A DNA stretch of 64,000 bases from Octopus sinensis (Eukaryota), in NCBI RefSeq assembly GCF_006345805.1, contig NC_043001.1, positions 1,488,001-1,552,000 of the forward strand. The letters are read 5' to 3'. Position numbers and translations under genes: made by a program. This document shows, one piece after another, positions 12,681-23,974 of this stretch; positions within the stretch are counted from its first letter, which is position 1; each line of letters opens with the position of its first letter. The notes below the pieces were generated by a model. It searched no databases, was not told the origin of the DNA, and was given only the letters and a program-made list of their open reading frames with translations.

Positions 12681-12784
12681 TAAAAAAAAAAACAAAATGA
12701 GGGGAAATGAGAAAAATAAATAAAAACTATAAACAGAATTCATTTCCAGTCTCGGTTATTTTATGACATTTCACACAGAATAGA

Positions 12785-12788
12785 AGTG

Positions 12789-12834
<46 letters not shown>

Positions 12835-12897
12835 TTAATATTAATAATTAATAATAATGATAATAAATGATAAATATTAATGATAATAATAATAATT
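12785..12897. repeat. (AAT)n microsatellite
   Basis: Direct reading. Confidence 0.95.
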
Positions 12898-13190
12898 TCA
12901 TTTATTTGCCACAAGGGCTAAGGATGAGGGGGAGAATACGAAGACAGACATAAAGTGTGGGGGTTTTACATACAATGAAATGATAAAATAAAAAATGAAA
13001 GAAAGAAAGAAAGAGAGCATACACAGTGTAGACTGATAAAAGAAGGGAGATGTGCATAAAATACAAAGGTAAAAAAAAAAATAAATAAGTAACGGGGAGG
13101 ATGATAGAGTCATGGCCCTCCTGATATAGGAAGGCCTCTAGGGATAATCAAGGAAGCCCACTGCCTGAGATTACCCTGAAACCCCAAAAG
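12898..13190 (-). mobile_element. 3' end of a putative L1/Tx1-like LINE (copy 1; empty-site reference)
   Basis: Homologous to 13680-13740 plus 14221-14400 (GACAGACATAAAGTGTGGGGG, AATGATAAAATAAAAAA, CCTCTAGGGATAA); minus strand ends ...TAGCCCTTGTGGCAAATAAATGAAA. Confidence 0.55.
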
Positions 13191-13294
13191 GATGAAAGGC
13201 AAAGCTGACCTCGACAGAATTTGGACTCAGAACATAGCGATGAGTGAAATACTGCTAAGCATTTTGTCCTGGATGCTGCCGACTCTGTTGCCTT

Positions 13295-13340
<46 letters not shown>

Positions 13341-13960
13341 TTTCTAATACTAATGACTGTAATGACAATGATGATGATGCTAATGATATGATTTTATTCT
13401 ATTTGTCACAGGGGCAAAATACGAAATTAATGATACTTTTTAACATAGGTGCAGGACCAAACATTGGATGAGGGGAGGGAGCAAACGATTATATTGATCC
13501 TTATATATGACTGGTACTTGATTTTTTTCAAAAGGATAAAATGCCAAGTTGTTGACCTCAGAGCAATTTGAATTAAGGATGTAAAATGTTGGGATAAATT
13601 CTGGAAATACTGTCCAATGCATTTCTTAATTTGGTATCCCAAATATTGATAATAATAATAATAATAATGATGATAACTTTTGTTTGGCACCAGGGCAAAG
13701 GATGGGGGGGGGGGGCAATAAAAAGACAGACATAAAGTGTAGGGAAATTACTATTTGTAAATCTCACAACGAGAGACATTCAGCAACAATACTTTAGAGT
13801 AAAGATTATTTGCCAACATAACATGGCAGTCCTGGTTTAGGATGAATGTTGCTGAAGTTTAGCTCAGGAGACATTGTCTCCAGCTGGCTATACAACACGA
13901 TCTGTGTCCTTGTATTTTCGAACAAGGGAATCTAGCACCCCCACTCAGCTCAAAACAGTA

Positions 13961-14005
13961 TCTGTGTATCGTGATTTTGGGGTTATTTCCCTTCATAAGC
14001 ACAGA
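13961..14005 (-). ncRNA. Hammerhead motif, left arm (two core substitutions)
   Basis: Minus strand TCTGTG-CTTATGA-AGGG AAATAA CCCC-AAAA-TCACGA-TA-CACAGA: perfect 6-bp stem I, stem II GGG/CCC; core G5>U and G12>A. Confidence 0.55.
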
Positions 14006-14011
14006 ATAACT

Positions 14012-14056
14012 GTTCAGCTGATGAAGAGAAATAACCCGGAAATCACGATACACAGA
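14012..14056 (+). ncRNA. Hammerhead motif, right arm (intact core, weakened stems)
   Basis: CTGATGA (14018-14024)-AGAG AAATAA CCCG-GAAA (14039-14042)-TCACGA-TA-CACAGA; predicted AUA cleavage triplet ending at 14050. Confidence 0.55.
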
Positions 14057-14220
14057 TATTGTTTTGAGCTGAGTGGGGTTGCTAGATTCCCTTGTTCAAA
14101 AATATAAAGACACAGATCGTGTCGTATAACCAGCTGGAGACGATTTCTCCTGGGGCTAAATTACAACAACATTTGTCCTAAACCAGGACTGCCATGTTAT
14201 GTCGGCAAATAATCTTTACT

Positions 14221-14730
14221 CATAAAATGTGGGGGATTTACATATAATGGAATGATAAAAATAAAAAAGTAGGCTCAGTATACATTAAAAGAAGGCAAGT
14301 GTACATAGTATATGACACTAAAAAAAAAAAAATGGGAATAGTGATGGGGTTCTCCTATATCAGGAGGACCTCTAGGGATAAACGAGGAGCCCCACCATCC
14401 AAAAACATTCTGAATATCAAGGATAAGTGCCCTTTCCAACCCCCATCCCCTGACTTACCATCCACTTTTGCCATTTTTGCAACTTTCACTCAGACAGCAC
14501 TTCCCTCTCCACCTTAGATTCTTTTTCAAGTTGAAGAGAGCTTTACCAAAGAGGGAAGTCTCTTTACTCATTCCTTTCAGCCTTGACCACCAGACAACTT
14601 CTCTCTCACCACATGCAACCAGGCAAAGGAAGACTACCTTGCCTGCCCAATTAAAGGAGGACAACAGGGCAATCATCACTATGGACTTGGATGACAGATG
14701 GATGTGTCCCACATACAACTGCAGCTGTTG
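14221..14730 (-). mobile_element. Putative L1/Tx1-like LINE 3' region (copy 2), interrupted by the palindrome
   Basis: Minus frame VVFLCLVACGEREVVWWSRLKGM...LFNLKKNLRWRG resembles a decayed L1/Tx1 C-terminus (weak); 3'UTR homologous to 12898-13190. Confidence 0.45.
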
Positions 14731-15314
14731 GGCATAACTGCACAAGGCCTGAAATTTTGAGGAAGGGGGCCAGTCAATTACATTGACCCCCAGTGCATAA
14801 CTGGTACTTATTTCATTGACCTCAAGAGGATGGAAAGCAAAGCTGACCTCATTGGAATTTGAACTCAGAACATAGGGATGAGTGAAATGCCGCTAAGCAT
14901 TTTGTCTGGCATGCTAACGATTCTGCCATCGTGCCACCTTAATAATAATAATCATAACAATAATTATAATAATCCTTTCCATTACAGGCACGAGGCCTGA
15001 AATTTGTGGGAAGGGAGTAAGTTGATAACATCAAGCCCAGTGCATAACTGGTACTTATTTAATCAAGCCCCAAAAGGATGAAAGACTAAAGCAACCTCAG
15101 CAGAATTTGAACACAGAATGCAGTGGCAGGTGAGTTCTGTGTTCAAATAATAATGGTTTCACATTTTGGCACAAGGCCAGCAAGTTTGGGGGAGGAAGTT
15201 AAGTCGATTACATCGACTTCAGGGTTCAACTGATACTTATTTTCTTGACTCTGAAAGAACGAAAGGCAAAATCAACCTCAACAGTGTTCGAACTCAAAAC
15301 ATAAGTTCAGAAGA

Positions 15315-15445
15315 AATGTGGGTACAGCGCACATCTTAAGAAAGTATTATCTGTCTGAGGTCCTTGTTGTGACTTGAGAGATGACTAAAGACTCCAGTGC
15401 ATTTTTACCTACACTGTGTCAAGAATGAATAATAATAATAATAAT
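15315..15445 (+). mobile_element. R4/Dong-like LINE extreme 3' tail
   Basis: GTAHILRKVLSV* then short UTR and (AAT)n. Confidence 0.75.
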
Positions 15446-15999
15446 AATGATAATAACCTTTTCTACTATCGTCACAAGGCCTGAATTTGCAGGGAGGCAG
15501 ACAGTTGGTCATATTGACCTCAGTGCTTGACTGATGCCTATTTTATTGACTCCAAAATAATGAAGAGCTAAGTCGACCATGGCAACATTTGAACTGAGAA
15601 GGTAAGGGTTGATAGAATGCCATGAAGCTAACAATCCTGCCAGCTTTCGGCCTTAACAACAATAATAATAATAATAATCCTTTCTACTAAAGGCACGAAG
15701 CCTGAAATTTTGGAGGAAGGGACTAGTCACTTACATCGACCCCAGTGTTTCACTGGTACTCATTTTATTGATCACAAAGGGATGAAACGCAAAGTTGACC
15801 TCAGCAGAATTTGAAGTCAGAACGGAGCAACAGGCAAAATACCTCTAAGCACTTCATCCAGATTGCTACCTTCTACAATAATAATAATAATAACAATCTT
15901 CATACCCTGTTTCATTATTACACAGCAATGTGAAGGTCTATTTATTGTATGATAGTGAGAAGCGTTGGTCATTGACTTCTAGCTCTAACAATCAAAGGA

Positions 16000-16800
16000 T
16001 TTCTTTTGTGATCCTCAGGGTGTAACTTGTGGAGTGATTGCTATAAACAACATCTTTTGCAATATGGTGATGGTGTTGCTGCTGCAGCCTCTTTTGTCAG
16101 CCATTGCTGCTTTCTTCTTTCTTTTTCTATTTTCTTACCTTTTCTAGGCAGAAAGCTTTCAAGTGGCCCTTATTACTATGTGTTTAACAGCCAGGGTTTC
16201 TGTCACCCCCCCCCCGACCTCATTGCCTTTCTCTCTAAATCCACCATGGAATAAACTTTTGGGATTGCTTTGTATTGAGAGACATTATATCCTTGCAGAA
16301 TCCTCTTAACCATATTTATCATTCCATTTACCTTGGGGTTCATCATCTGCCCTTACTGAGGTACAAAGGGACGATGAACCAATGTTGATGCCAATGGCAT
16401 TTGCTGTGTCCCTAAACATATGGCACACCATTTAAACCTGGTTTTTATTGCATTTATCCTCAGATTTGAACTCTAAATCCACACTGCTTCTTAATCCACA
16501 TTGTTTATCAATCATATAAAGCATCTTTAACTGTTTCTTTGATGGGTATGAAAGCCCTTGCTCCTCCCCAACAACTCTTATAAAGCAAAGTTATGTTCCC
16601 ATCTTTTTTGTCAAATGTTGCATAAATTCCCCCAGGAAAGAGGTCAACTCTTTGGTGACATACTGCTGCTGCTGCTGCCATACATCTTTCTATGACTGGA
16701 ATCTATCCATGTCTAAATCCTCCCTTTGACTTGTAATGCTGGCAAATGATTTGCTTTTAGTACTCATACTCATATACAAATTTGAGCGGTTGTTGTTGTC
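16000..16800 (-). pseudogene. Decayed R4/Dong-like LINE fragment
   Basis: Minus frames give TLLYKSCWGGARAFIPIKETV (~RLYLPRKEGGRGLISI) and ETLAVKHIVIRA (~ET..HI..C zinc-knuckle region). Confidence 0.5.
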
Positions 16801-17049
16801 ATCGTTATCTGTCATGTTTATGTCATAACAAATTCGTATTTCCTTTTATCAAATTATGACTGTTTGTATTTGCAAGTATATCTGTTTGTTTTATTTTCAT
16901 CTTTTATTGTTATTTTTTTTTTCACTTCTGTTTATTCTTTGCAAAATTCGTTTTCATTTATATAAAAGATATTCCAACATTTCCTTTAGTGAGGTGGCAG
17001 TGTATATGATGCTACTTCCATTCATTCTAATACCTCATCCTGCCTCTCA

Positions 17050-17603
17050 CATACTAAAAGCCATCTTGAATAAAGTAAACAAAGAAGATTTCAGTAAAAA
17101 ATGTCCAAGAGACAGATATTTTGTCTACCCCAGGTACTGGGCTAGGTGTTCCAACATTTCAAAGTCATCTGCTTGGAAAATAATTCAAAAAGGAAAACAT
17201 TTCATCCAGTATAGCTTGGTAATAATCCAGTTCTCTCTGAACATGCCCAGAACACAACAACAACCTTTTTCTTCCACAGGCACAGGGGTAGAAACAATGG
17301 AAACAACAGCCAATTGCAAACCCATTTGATAGTGAAGGGGATACAAAGGAAAGTGAGGAAATTGTGACATATCAGGACCTAACCAGGCAGAAGAAGAGAT
17401 TGTAGAATATAAATGTGACAACAGTTCCAGTGCTAATTGGTGCACTTGGCAGAACATGCAAACTGTGACTGAACAGACCAAAAGACATTGGAACAGAGAT
17501 ATGTGTTGTCAACCAGATTCTGTAAGAACCCTGAGAACGATTCTTGAGATTTGAAGAGACTTATTAGACATCAAGATAATGTCCCTATTTACTAAAGCAG
17601 CAT

Positions 17604-17640
<37 letters not shown>
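17050..17640 (+). pseudogene. Decayed R4/Dong-like LINE 3' region
   Basis: IVTYQDLTRQKKRL.NINVTTVPVLIGALG, ending in (AAT)n/(GAT)n at ~17606-17655. Confidence 0.7.
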
Positions 17641-17689
17641 TGATGATGATGATGATTTTCTCAATAATAATAGTTTTCTCTGTATTGTT

Positions 17690-17880
17690 CAAAATTTAGA
17701 ATATGTATTGCTGAATTCCAATGCTTTTCAGCCAGTTCCGTCACAGTTTGTGTGCTGTGCCAAATGCGCCAATTTGCACAGGGAAATTTGTCACCTTTGT
17801 ATTTCACATCCTCTTCATCTCTCTGATTAGGTTCTGATATGTCACAATTCCTTCCTTTTCCTTTGATTGCTGGAGAAAAA
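17690..17880 (-). pseudogene. R4/Dong-like LINE 3' fragment, tail-to-tail with the previous copy
   Basis: Minus frame IVTYQNLIREMKRM.NTKVTNFPVQIGAFG...WLKSIGI. Confidence 0.7.
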
Positions 17881-18254
17881 AGTTCTTACTGAAGGTGCCA
17901 TGCTGTTCCACAGACCCTGGACCTGGTACTTATAAAGGTACTTATAGTAAGGTTCTTTAATTTTTGATTTTTTTTTCAGGTAATTTTTCTTTTATTTATT
18001 TATTCTTACTTCAGTTTTCCATTCAAGCACGAATTAAAGAAATGTATTACTGTGCTTATGTTTTATAGTTGGATGTCCTCCCCTTTTTTTTATCAAGCAA
18101 TGGACCTCTAAGTTCATATGTCTTCATAGGCACCGGCCTATGAAGAGAAAGGACAGCTGTGTCACTGCTTGTAGTTCATGGATATTGGAGAATATGTTAA
18201 CAATCATACAGACAGAAACACATGTGTATATACACCCACACACATGCACATATA

Positions 18255-18410
18255 TATATAGTTCCCCTCTACCAAATTTACTCACAAGGCTTTGGTTGAG
18301 CCCAACTACAGCAGAAGACACTTACCCAAGGTGCTATGAAGTGGAACTGAACCAGAAATAACGTTGCTGGGAAGTGAGTTTCTTAACCACCAGGCCATGT
18401 ATGCAGCTAT
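18255..18410 (-). mobile_element. SINE family B 5' portion
   Basis: CAAGGCTTTGGTTG...GAAGACACTTACCCAAGGTGC...GGAACTGAACC. Confidence 0.75.
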
Positions 18411-18866
18411 TAATGTTTGGCAATGGGTTGGGGACGGATGGAATTGAGAATAATGTTTGATTACACAAACACAGAGCTAATAATATTTCTTAGATTGTTC
18501 TGTGTGACAAAACCATTCAGAGAAAAGAGAGACAATAAATAAATAAACAAATAAATTCATAAACAAGTTTTTGCTTGTGAAATTTTGATGCCAAAGTGAT
18601 CTTGGTGAACTCACATTTTACAAGTCATGAAAAACAAAATTATAGAAAAATTTAATAGAACTTAATTAGTGCTTATGTATATATATATGTATGTATTTTT
18701 TATGTATGAGTGTGTCTCTGTCTGTCTGTCTGTCTCTTTCTTTCTCTCTTTATATATAAACTATCAGCATTCATTGTCTGGTTTATTATTTTGTGATCTT
18801 GTCATTTTGTTGTATTATTATTTTATTTTCTCATTGCTGTAAACCACATCTAACTGCACAAACTTA

Positions 18867-18897
<31 letters not shown>

Positions 18898-19091
18898 CAG
18901 TCTGTCTGTCTATATACAAATATACATATATTCGTGTGTATGTATTTAAGTATGCACGTATATATGTTTGCTTTGACTTTCCTCAAAGGAGATAATTCAC
19001 AAAATAAGATCAGTAAAATGAAAGTTTAACTCGTAGATAATTTCAAACGTATATGTGTATTTCTGTGTGTGTGTGTACTTTTGTATGTATG

Positions 19092-19143
<52 letters not shown>

Positions 19144-20204
19144 AATGCAAATGTGGTTGAAAATTAATGACAGCTTTTTATTGATGTATTCGTAGATTAC
19201 ATCATAGCATATAATTCACCATCTTCAGACGCATCTTACAGATTGATGTATCTAAATTCTAATGAACCCTATAGCTAATCTATCTATCTATCTATCTATC
19301 TGTCTGTCTGTCTGTCAGTCTACATGCATACACACACACATTCAAGATCAGAGAAAAACTTGAAATTTGCAAATTGTTTTTTATTGTTACGTAATAGATT
19401 ACATAATCTTTCCAACCCATGCCAGCATGGAAAGCGGATATTAAATGATGACGATGAACGACGATGATTTACACATGTTTTACTCGTGTACACTAATAAT
19501 ATTTACAAAGACAGTTGCATAATTTCCCTATAACACCAGATCATCAGAAGAAAACAGTAATTTATCCCAGTGAGGGTTTTCCAACATCTGTTGATAGGCA
19601 GATAGAAACCCAGATCTCTAAATATGTCTATTATCCTCTTTAGCAGCAAAAGAAAGAAATTTGACTCATTTATTTTATCAGTTAGAGGGAATATGGATAT
19701 GTTTTGAAAGGAATGTTCAAGTTACTGCTGATAAATTTTTAAGATCCAAGTGAAAGGTCACATACATATTTCCCTTGAAGCCTACATACATGGATGTAGG
19801 TGATAGGTAGTGGAATTTTAAGTTCTCACACACCTGTGTGTATATAAGCAGTTTGTGACCAAGATGAAAGAATTTTTCCTTAATCAGTGTCTCTAGAGTG
19901 GATTGAGCATTCTTGGTCATGTATAAGTCTTCTTTTAACTATTGGCCATATGGGGCTACCATATTGGACTCAATGGCCATATGGGGCTACCAACTTTAAG
20001 GGTTTAATTAGTCAAATTGACACTTGTATTTATGTTTTAAAGTCTGAACTTATTCAATCTCTAATTGCAGTAGTGCTAAGTTTTGGAGATGTAAAGAGAC
20101 CTACACATGTTTTTATGTGGTGAGAGACACTCTCATACACATATTCACAGACACACATACTCTTACATAAATCCGCTAGTTGTATGTTAGACTATGTTAG
20201 ACTG

Positions 20205-20250
20205 AGGAAGTCTAATGATAGGGAAACATGTCTGAAGTTGTTCCTGAAAC
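20205..20250 (+). ncRNA. Degenerate hammerhead-like motif
   Basis: CTGAGGA-A-GTCTA ATGA TAGG-GAAA-CATG-TC: canonical core, palindromic ACATGT stem III and GUC triplet, but stem I pairs poorly. Confidence 0.35.
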
Positions 20251-21061
20251 AAATATCAAACATTCTACTCCGGTGCATATTTTCAGTTCAGTTTTGATCT
20301 AATTTAAATTACAATGTTCATTCCCTTACAGCTCTTAACAATAATTCTCATTAACAATATCTTTTCTTCTCATTACTGCTGTAATTTCAATTAATCAGAA
20401 GTTATTTTTACCTCCTTAATTATATTGGTCCCCACTAATTAACTATATAAGAACCATTATTTCATCTAAATTAATTAAAATAGGGATTCACCCCAAAAAT
20501 ATTGTTGCCTACCTCTGCCTTTTTGTCTAATTATTTAGAGAATGATTATGTCATTAGAAAGAGTTTAATCCTGACTCTTGACTCTCTACAGAAGTATGCC
20601 AGAATTTTAAAATTACATTTTTCATGCAATAAGCACCTGGAGTATTATCCTCCAGTCATTTTCTAAAACTACAGCTCCACTCTGCATCTCCTCACAATAA
20701 TTATATATATGTCAGGTTATTCTAAGAACTAATTATTCATTAGACAATACTTCCCCAAGGAACTCAAAACAATCAAACTTACTCACTGCTTCACTTATAT
20801 TCAATTAAGTTTAAATTCATAAAAAATACTCAAGTTATCTCCCCTGGATTCTTTTTGTCAGAATTACTCATTTTTATAACTGCTATCATCACTAATGATG
20901 TTTACTACATCCTCTATAACTTAGATTAACAGTTTAAAGCAGGCAGGGCATTTGGTGCCTGCAGGGGATTTACAGCTCTTTTTTCTCTTCTATATTACAC
21001 ATGTACTCATATGATCACATACAAATACATGCACACACACACACACATACTCATACGAAGA

Positions 21062-21108
<47 letters not shown>

Positions 21109-21373
21109 GTGTGTGTGTATATATATGTATATATATGGTAGACAAATGGAAGAGGAGTGTTCAATACATACAGATGTAAATGTAAGTGTATATTAAGCTG
21201 ACATTGTGCATGACAGCATGCAAAACAGATGTTAAGAGACGATGATGATGATGCTATCCTTGTTATTAAGCTATGAAGAAAGTTACAGAAGAGAATCAAA
21301 ATCTGAGAGATTCATGTGCTGCCATGAAAGTCTCAAATTTTGAGTTAGTTAAGTTGCTGTAGAGATAACTAAA

Positions 21374-21404
<31 letters not shown>

Positions 21405-22496
21405 TTAATACACTTACATTTTTATGTGTGTGTGTGTGTGTGTTAATGCATGTGTGGAGTGTGTATGTATACACACATATAAATATATATGTGTGTGTAT
21501 ACGTGTATATACATATATGTGTATTAATGTGATTATACATTATATATATATATATATATATACACATATATATATGTATGTATAATTGGTATAATTGTAT
21601 GCGTGTATAATGACTTTCTCGGTGAAGTAGATGAATTAAGCATGAAAGCAGTTAAAAACTAACAACACATTCAATTCTGTATTTTGAAAAAATAATCATG
21701 AAAATAATTCGAACAAAAAAAAGAAACATTTCATATTAGGTGTGCTTCACAATTGCAGAAATAGCAACAAAAAAAAAATATTTTCATTGAAAGACAAAAG
21801 AATTGAAGGAAATTATGCCATTGTGATATATACAGCTAATATCCTGTAAATATATAGGAACTAATCAGCTAGAGATATTGCAGGCAGTGGAAAGGAATGG
21901 TTAAATAAATATATACAGTCATGTCTCACATATGCAGATACACATCCCTTCCCCACACACATATATACACACAGCCATCATTATATATATATATATACAC
22001 AAACACACACACACACAAATATATCTATATATGTTATTCTGTCAGTATCCTATACATACAGACACTCACACACACACACTTATAAGGGAGTTTGTGTACG
22101 TTTGGAGATATAGGGTTGTAATGTAATAATATTTATACTAATTGTGAACATTATTGAAATATTACTTTCATCTCATACTGGGGCAATATATCACAGTGTA
22201 AGCTCATAGTTATATTAGAATGGTTTTAGATTGCGCATGCATGCACACACACTCACACACACACACACACACAAACAGCTATTCTTCAAAGTGAAGAATC
22301 TAAGTTATCACTGATCACTGATATTCCTAGGATTTGCCCTTGATGGGGGTATATTTAATTTATCATATATTTGCATTCAGTGAGATAGGAATAGGCCTCT
22401 ATACTATTAGAATATGGACAGACAGATACTACATACGTTTATACATACACTCAAAGAAAATACATTTACATATATACATATGTTGCAAAACAACAA

Positions 22497-22770
22497 AACT
22501 TAATCTACTGTGTAACTTGCCTACAATGTAAAGAATACTGCATTGGTGAAACTGGAATGGGACTACAAGACAAAGTTCATGTAGAGAAACGGCAAATTAA
22601 AGACCCCTCTGTCAGAAACACCACTTGCAGTGAATGCATCGCATCATGCAGAAAGGGAAAATTCACAGTCTCCCGCTTCTTTAAGTTATGGTCAGACAAT
22701 GAACATTTTCAGAAATATAAAGAATTTTTCATTAGAAAGTAAAAACCGCTCCTGAACACAAAAACTGATA
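22497..22770 (+). pseudogene. Penelope-like element GIY-YIG endonuclease relic
   Basis: NLIYCVTCLQCKEYCIGETGMGLQDKVHVEKRQIKDP...CSEC...FFKL...KEFFIRK*KPLLN: LIY-C..C...Y(C)IGET pattern and terminal LN motif of PLE endonucleases. Confidence 0.8.
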
Positions 22771-23974
22771 TCCCAATAACGGGATTCCTCCTTATTTTTA
22801 AATGTTGCATTTACCGAAATAGAAGTGGATGACACTTTCAATCATTCAATCATTGAAGAAAAGAACAACCCTCAGAGATACTCAACCATTTCACTAATCC
22901 CCCTCCCCACCAATAAGTACATATAAACTTAATTACTTGAGTAGTTTAGATATGTGTACATATATGTGTGTGTGTGTGTACGTATGCATGTGTATGTAGG
23001 CGTATATAAATATGGAGGTGTGAATGTATGTGCAAATATATGGGTTCGTATGAACTAGAAAATATGTGAGTGTGTGTGTGTATGTGTGTGCATATATATG
23101 TTTGTGTATGTATATATTGGTATGTGTGTATGTATGCATATGTGCGTGTGTATATATACTTTATTTATATTATATGATTGAACGCCACACATCCATTTCC
23201 AAGTAAGTTTATCTGTTATATATATATATTTTGTTTATATGTAGGGAAGTAAATATGTGAGCTAGCATGATCTCCCCCACCGACACACCTAATCTCATCT
23301 CTATCATAGAAAATTACCAAAGTTTCACTTTATGAAATTAAGATAGTTGATTCAGTCATAAGAGAATTTGAAAAACATCTGACCATTATATTTTTCTCCA
23401 AATGTCAACTAACTAAATGGAACCAGCAGAGGGCACCTTCACAAGCCCTTCATAAAACACTCCTTAGACACTCTACCACCTCCCAACTCTACCCTCAGTC
23501 CTTTTTACCATTCACTATGTTCTTTCAGCTCTTGTTCATCAACACTCTTTTACTCCCACACTTATTAACAAACACCAAACCCACCCAAAACATACCCAAA
23601 TCTCTTATATATAGAATCACACAGCACAACACAATCTCAGATTAGTTTGGCAACTGCCACTGGCAAATGCAAGAATGTTCTCCAGAAAAGTTAACAAGGA
23701 ATCTTTAAAAAATTCTCCCCTCCGATATTAACAAAGACCTTAGTAGGTCTACAAACTAAACCGGAAAATTATATATTATCAGAAAATTAAATTGATCAGA
23801 ACTACCAATGAAATCAAGCTTTTCATTTTTCAAATATATATGCACACACAAACACACATATATATATATATATATCTTATATATATGTTTAATATATATC
23901 TCTATCATTCATTATATGTCTGTATATCTATATTTATGAATACATCATATATATATTATACAATGACAGAGACC

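Larger units (their letters stand above)
13741..14220. mobile_element. Palindromic (fold-back) insertion with a hammerhead motif in each arm and a 10-bp TSD
   Basis: Arms 13797-~14005 and ~14010-14221 are near-perfect reverse complements; flanked by CATAAAGTGT (13731-13740) and CATAAAATGT (14221-14230); the homologous host sequence at 12943-12960 has one copy. Confidence 0.85.
13190..15870 (-). repeat. Cluster of at least six same-orientation SINE family A copies separated by (AAT)n (approx. 13190-13290, 14745-14940, 14985-15125, 15160-15310, 15465-15655, 15685-15870)
   Basis: Each repeats AGGCCTGAAATT...CTGGTACTTATTT...GATGAAAG.CAAAG.TGACCTC...AATTTGAACTCAGAA. Confidence 0.85.

Noticed and set aside
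16110-16200. Strong plus-strand splice acceptor at 16147
   Set aside because: Lies inside a decayed minus-strand R4/Dong fragment; the pyrimidine tract is the complement of an A/G-rich coding remnant.
19190-19250. CTGAAGA cores at ~19225 (minus), ~27205 (minus), 34558 and 49873
   Set aside because: No stem II/GAAA at hammerhead spacing.
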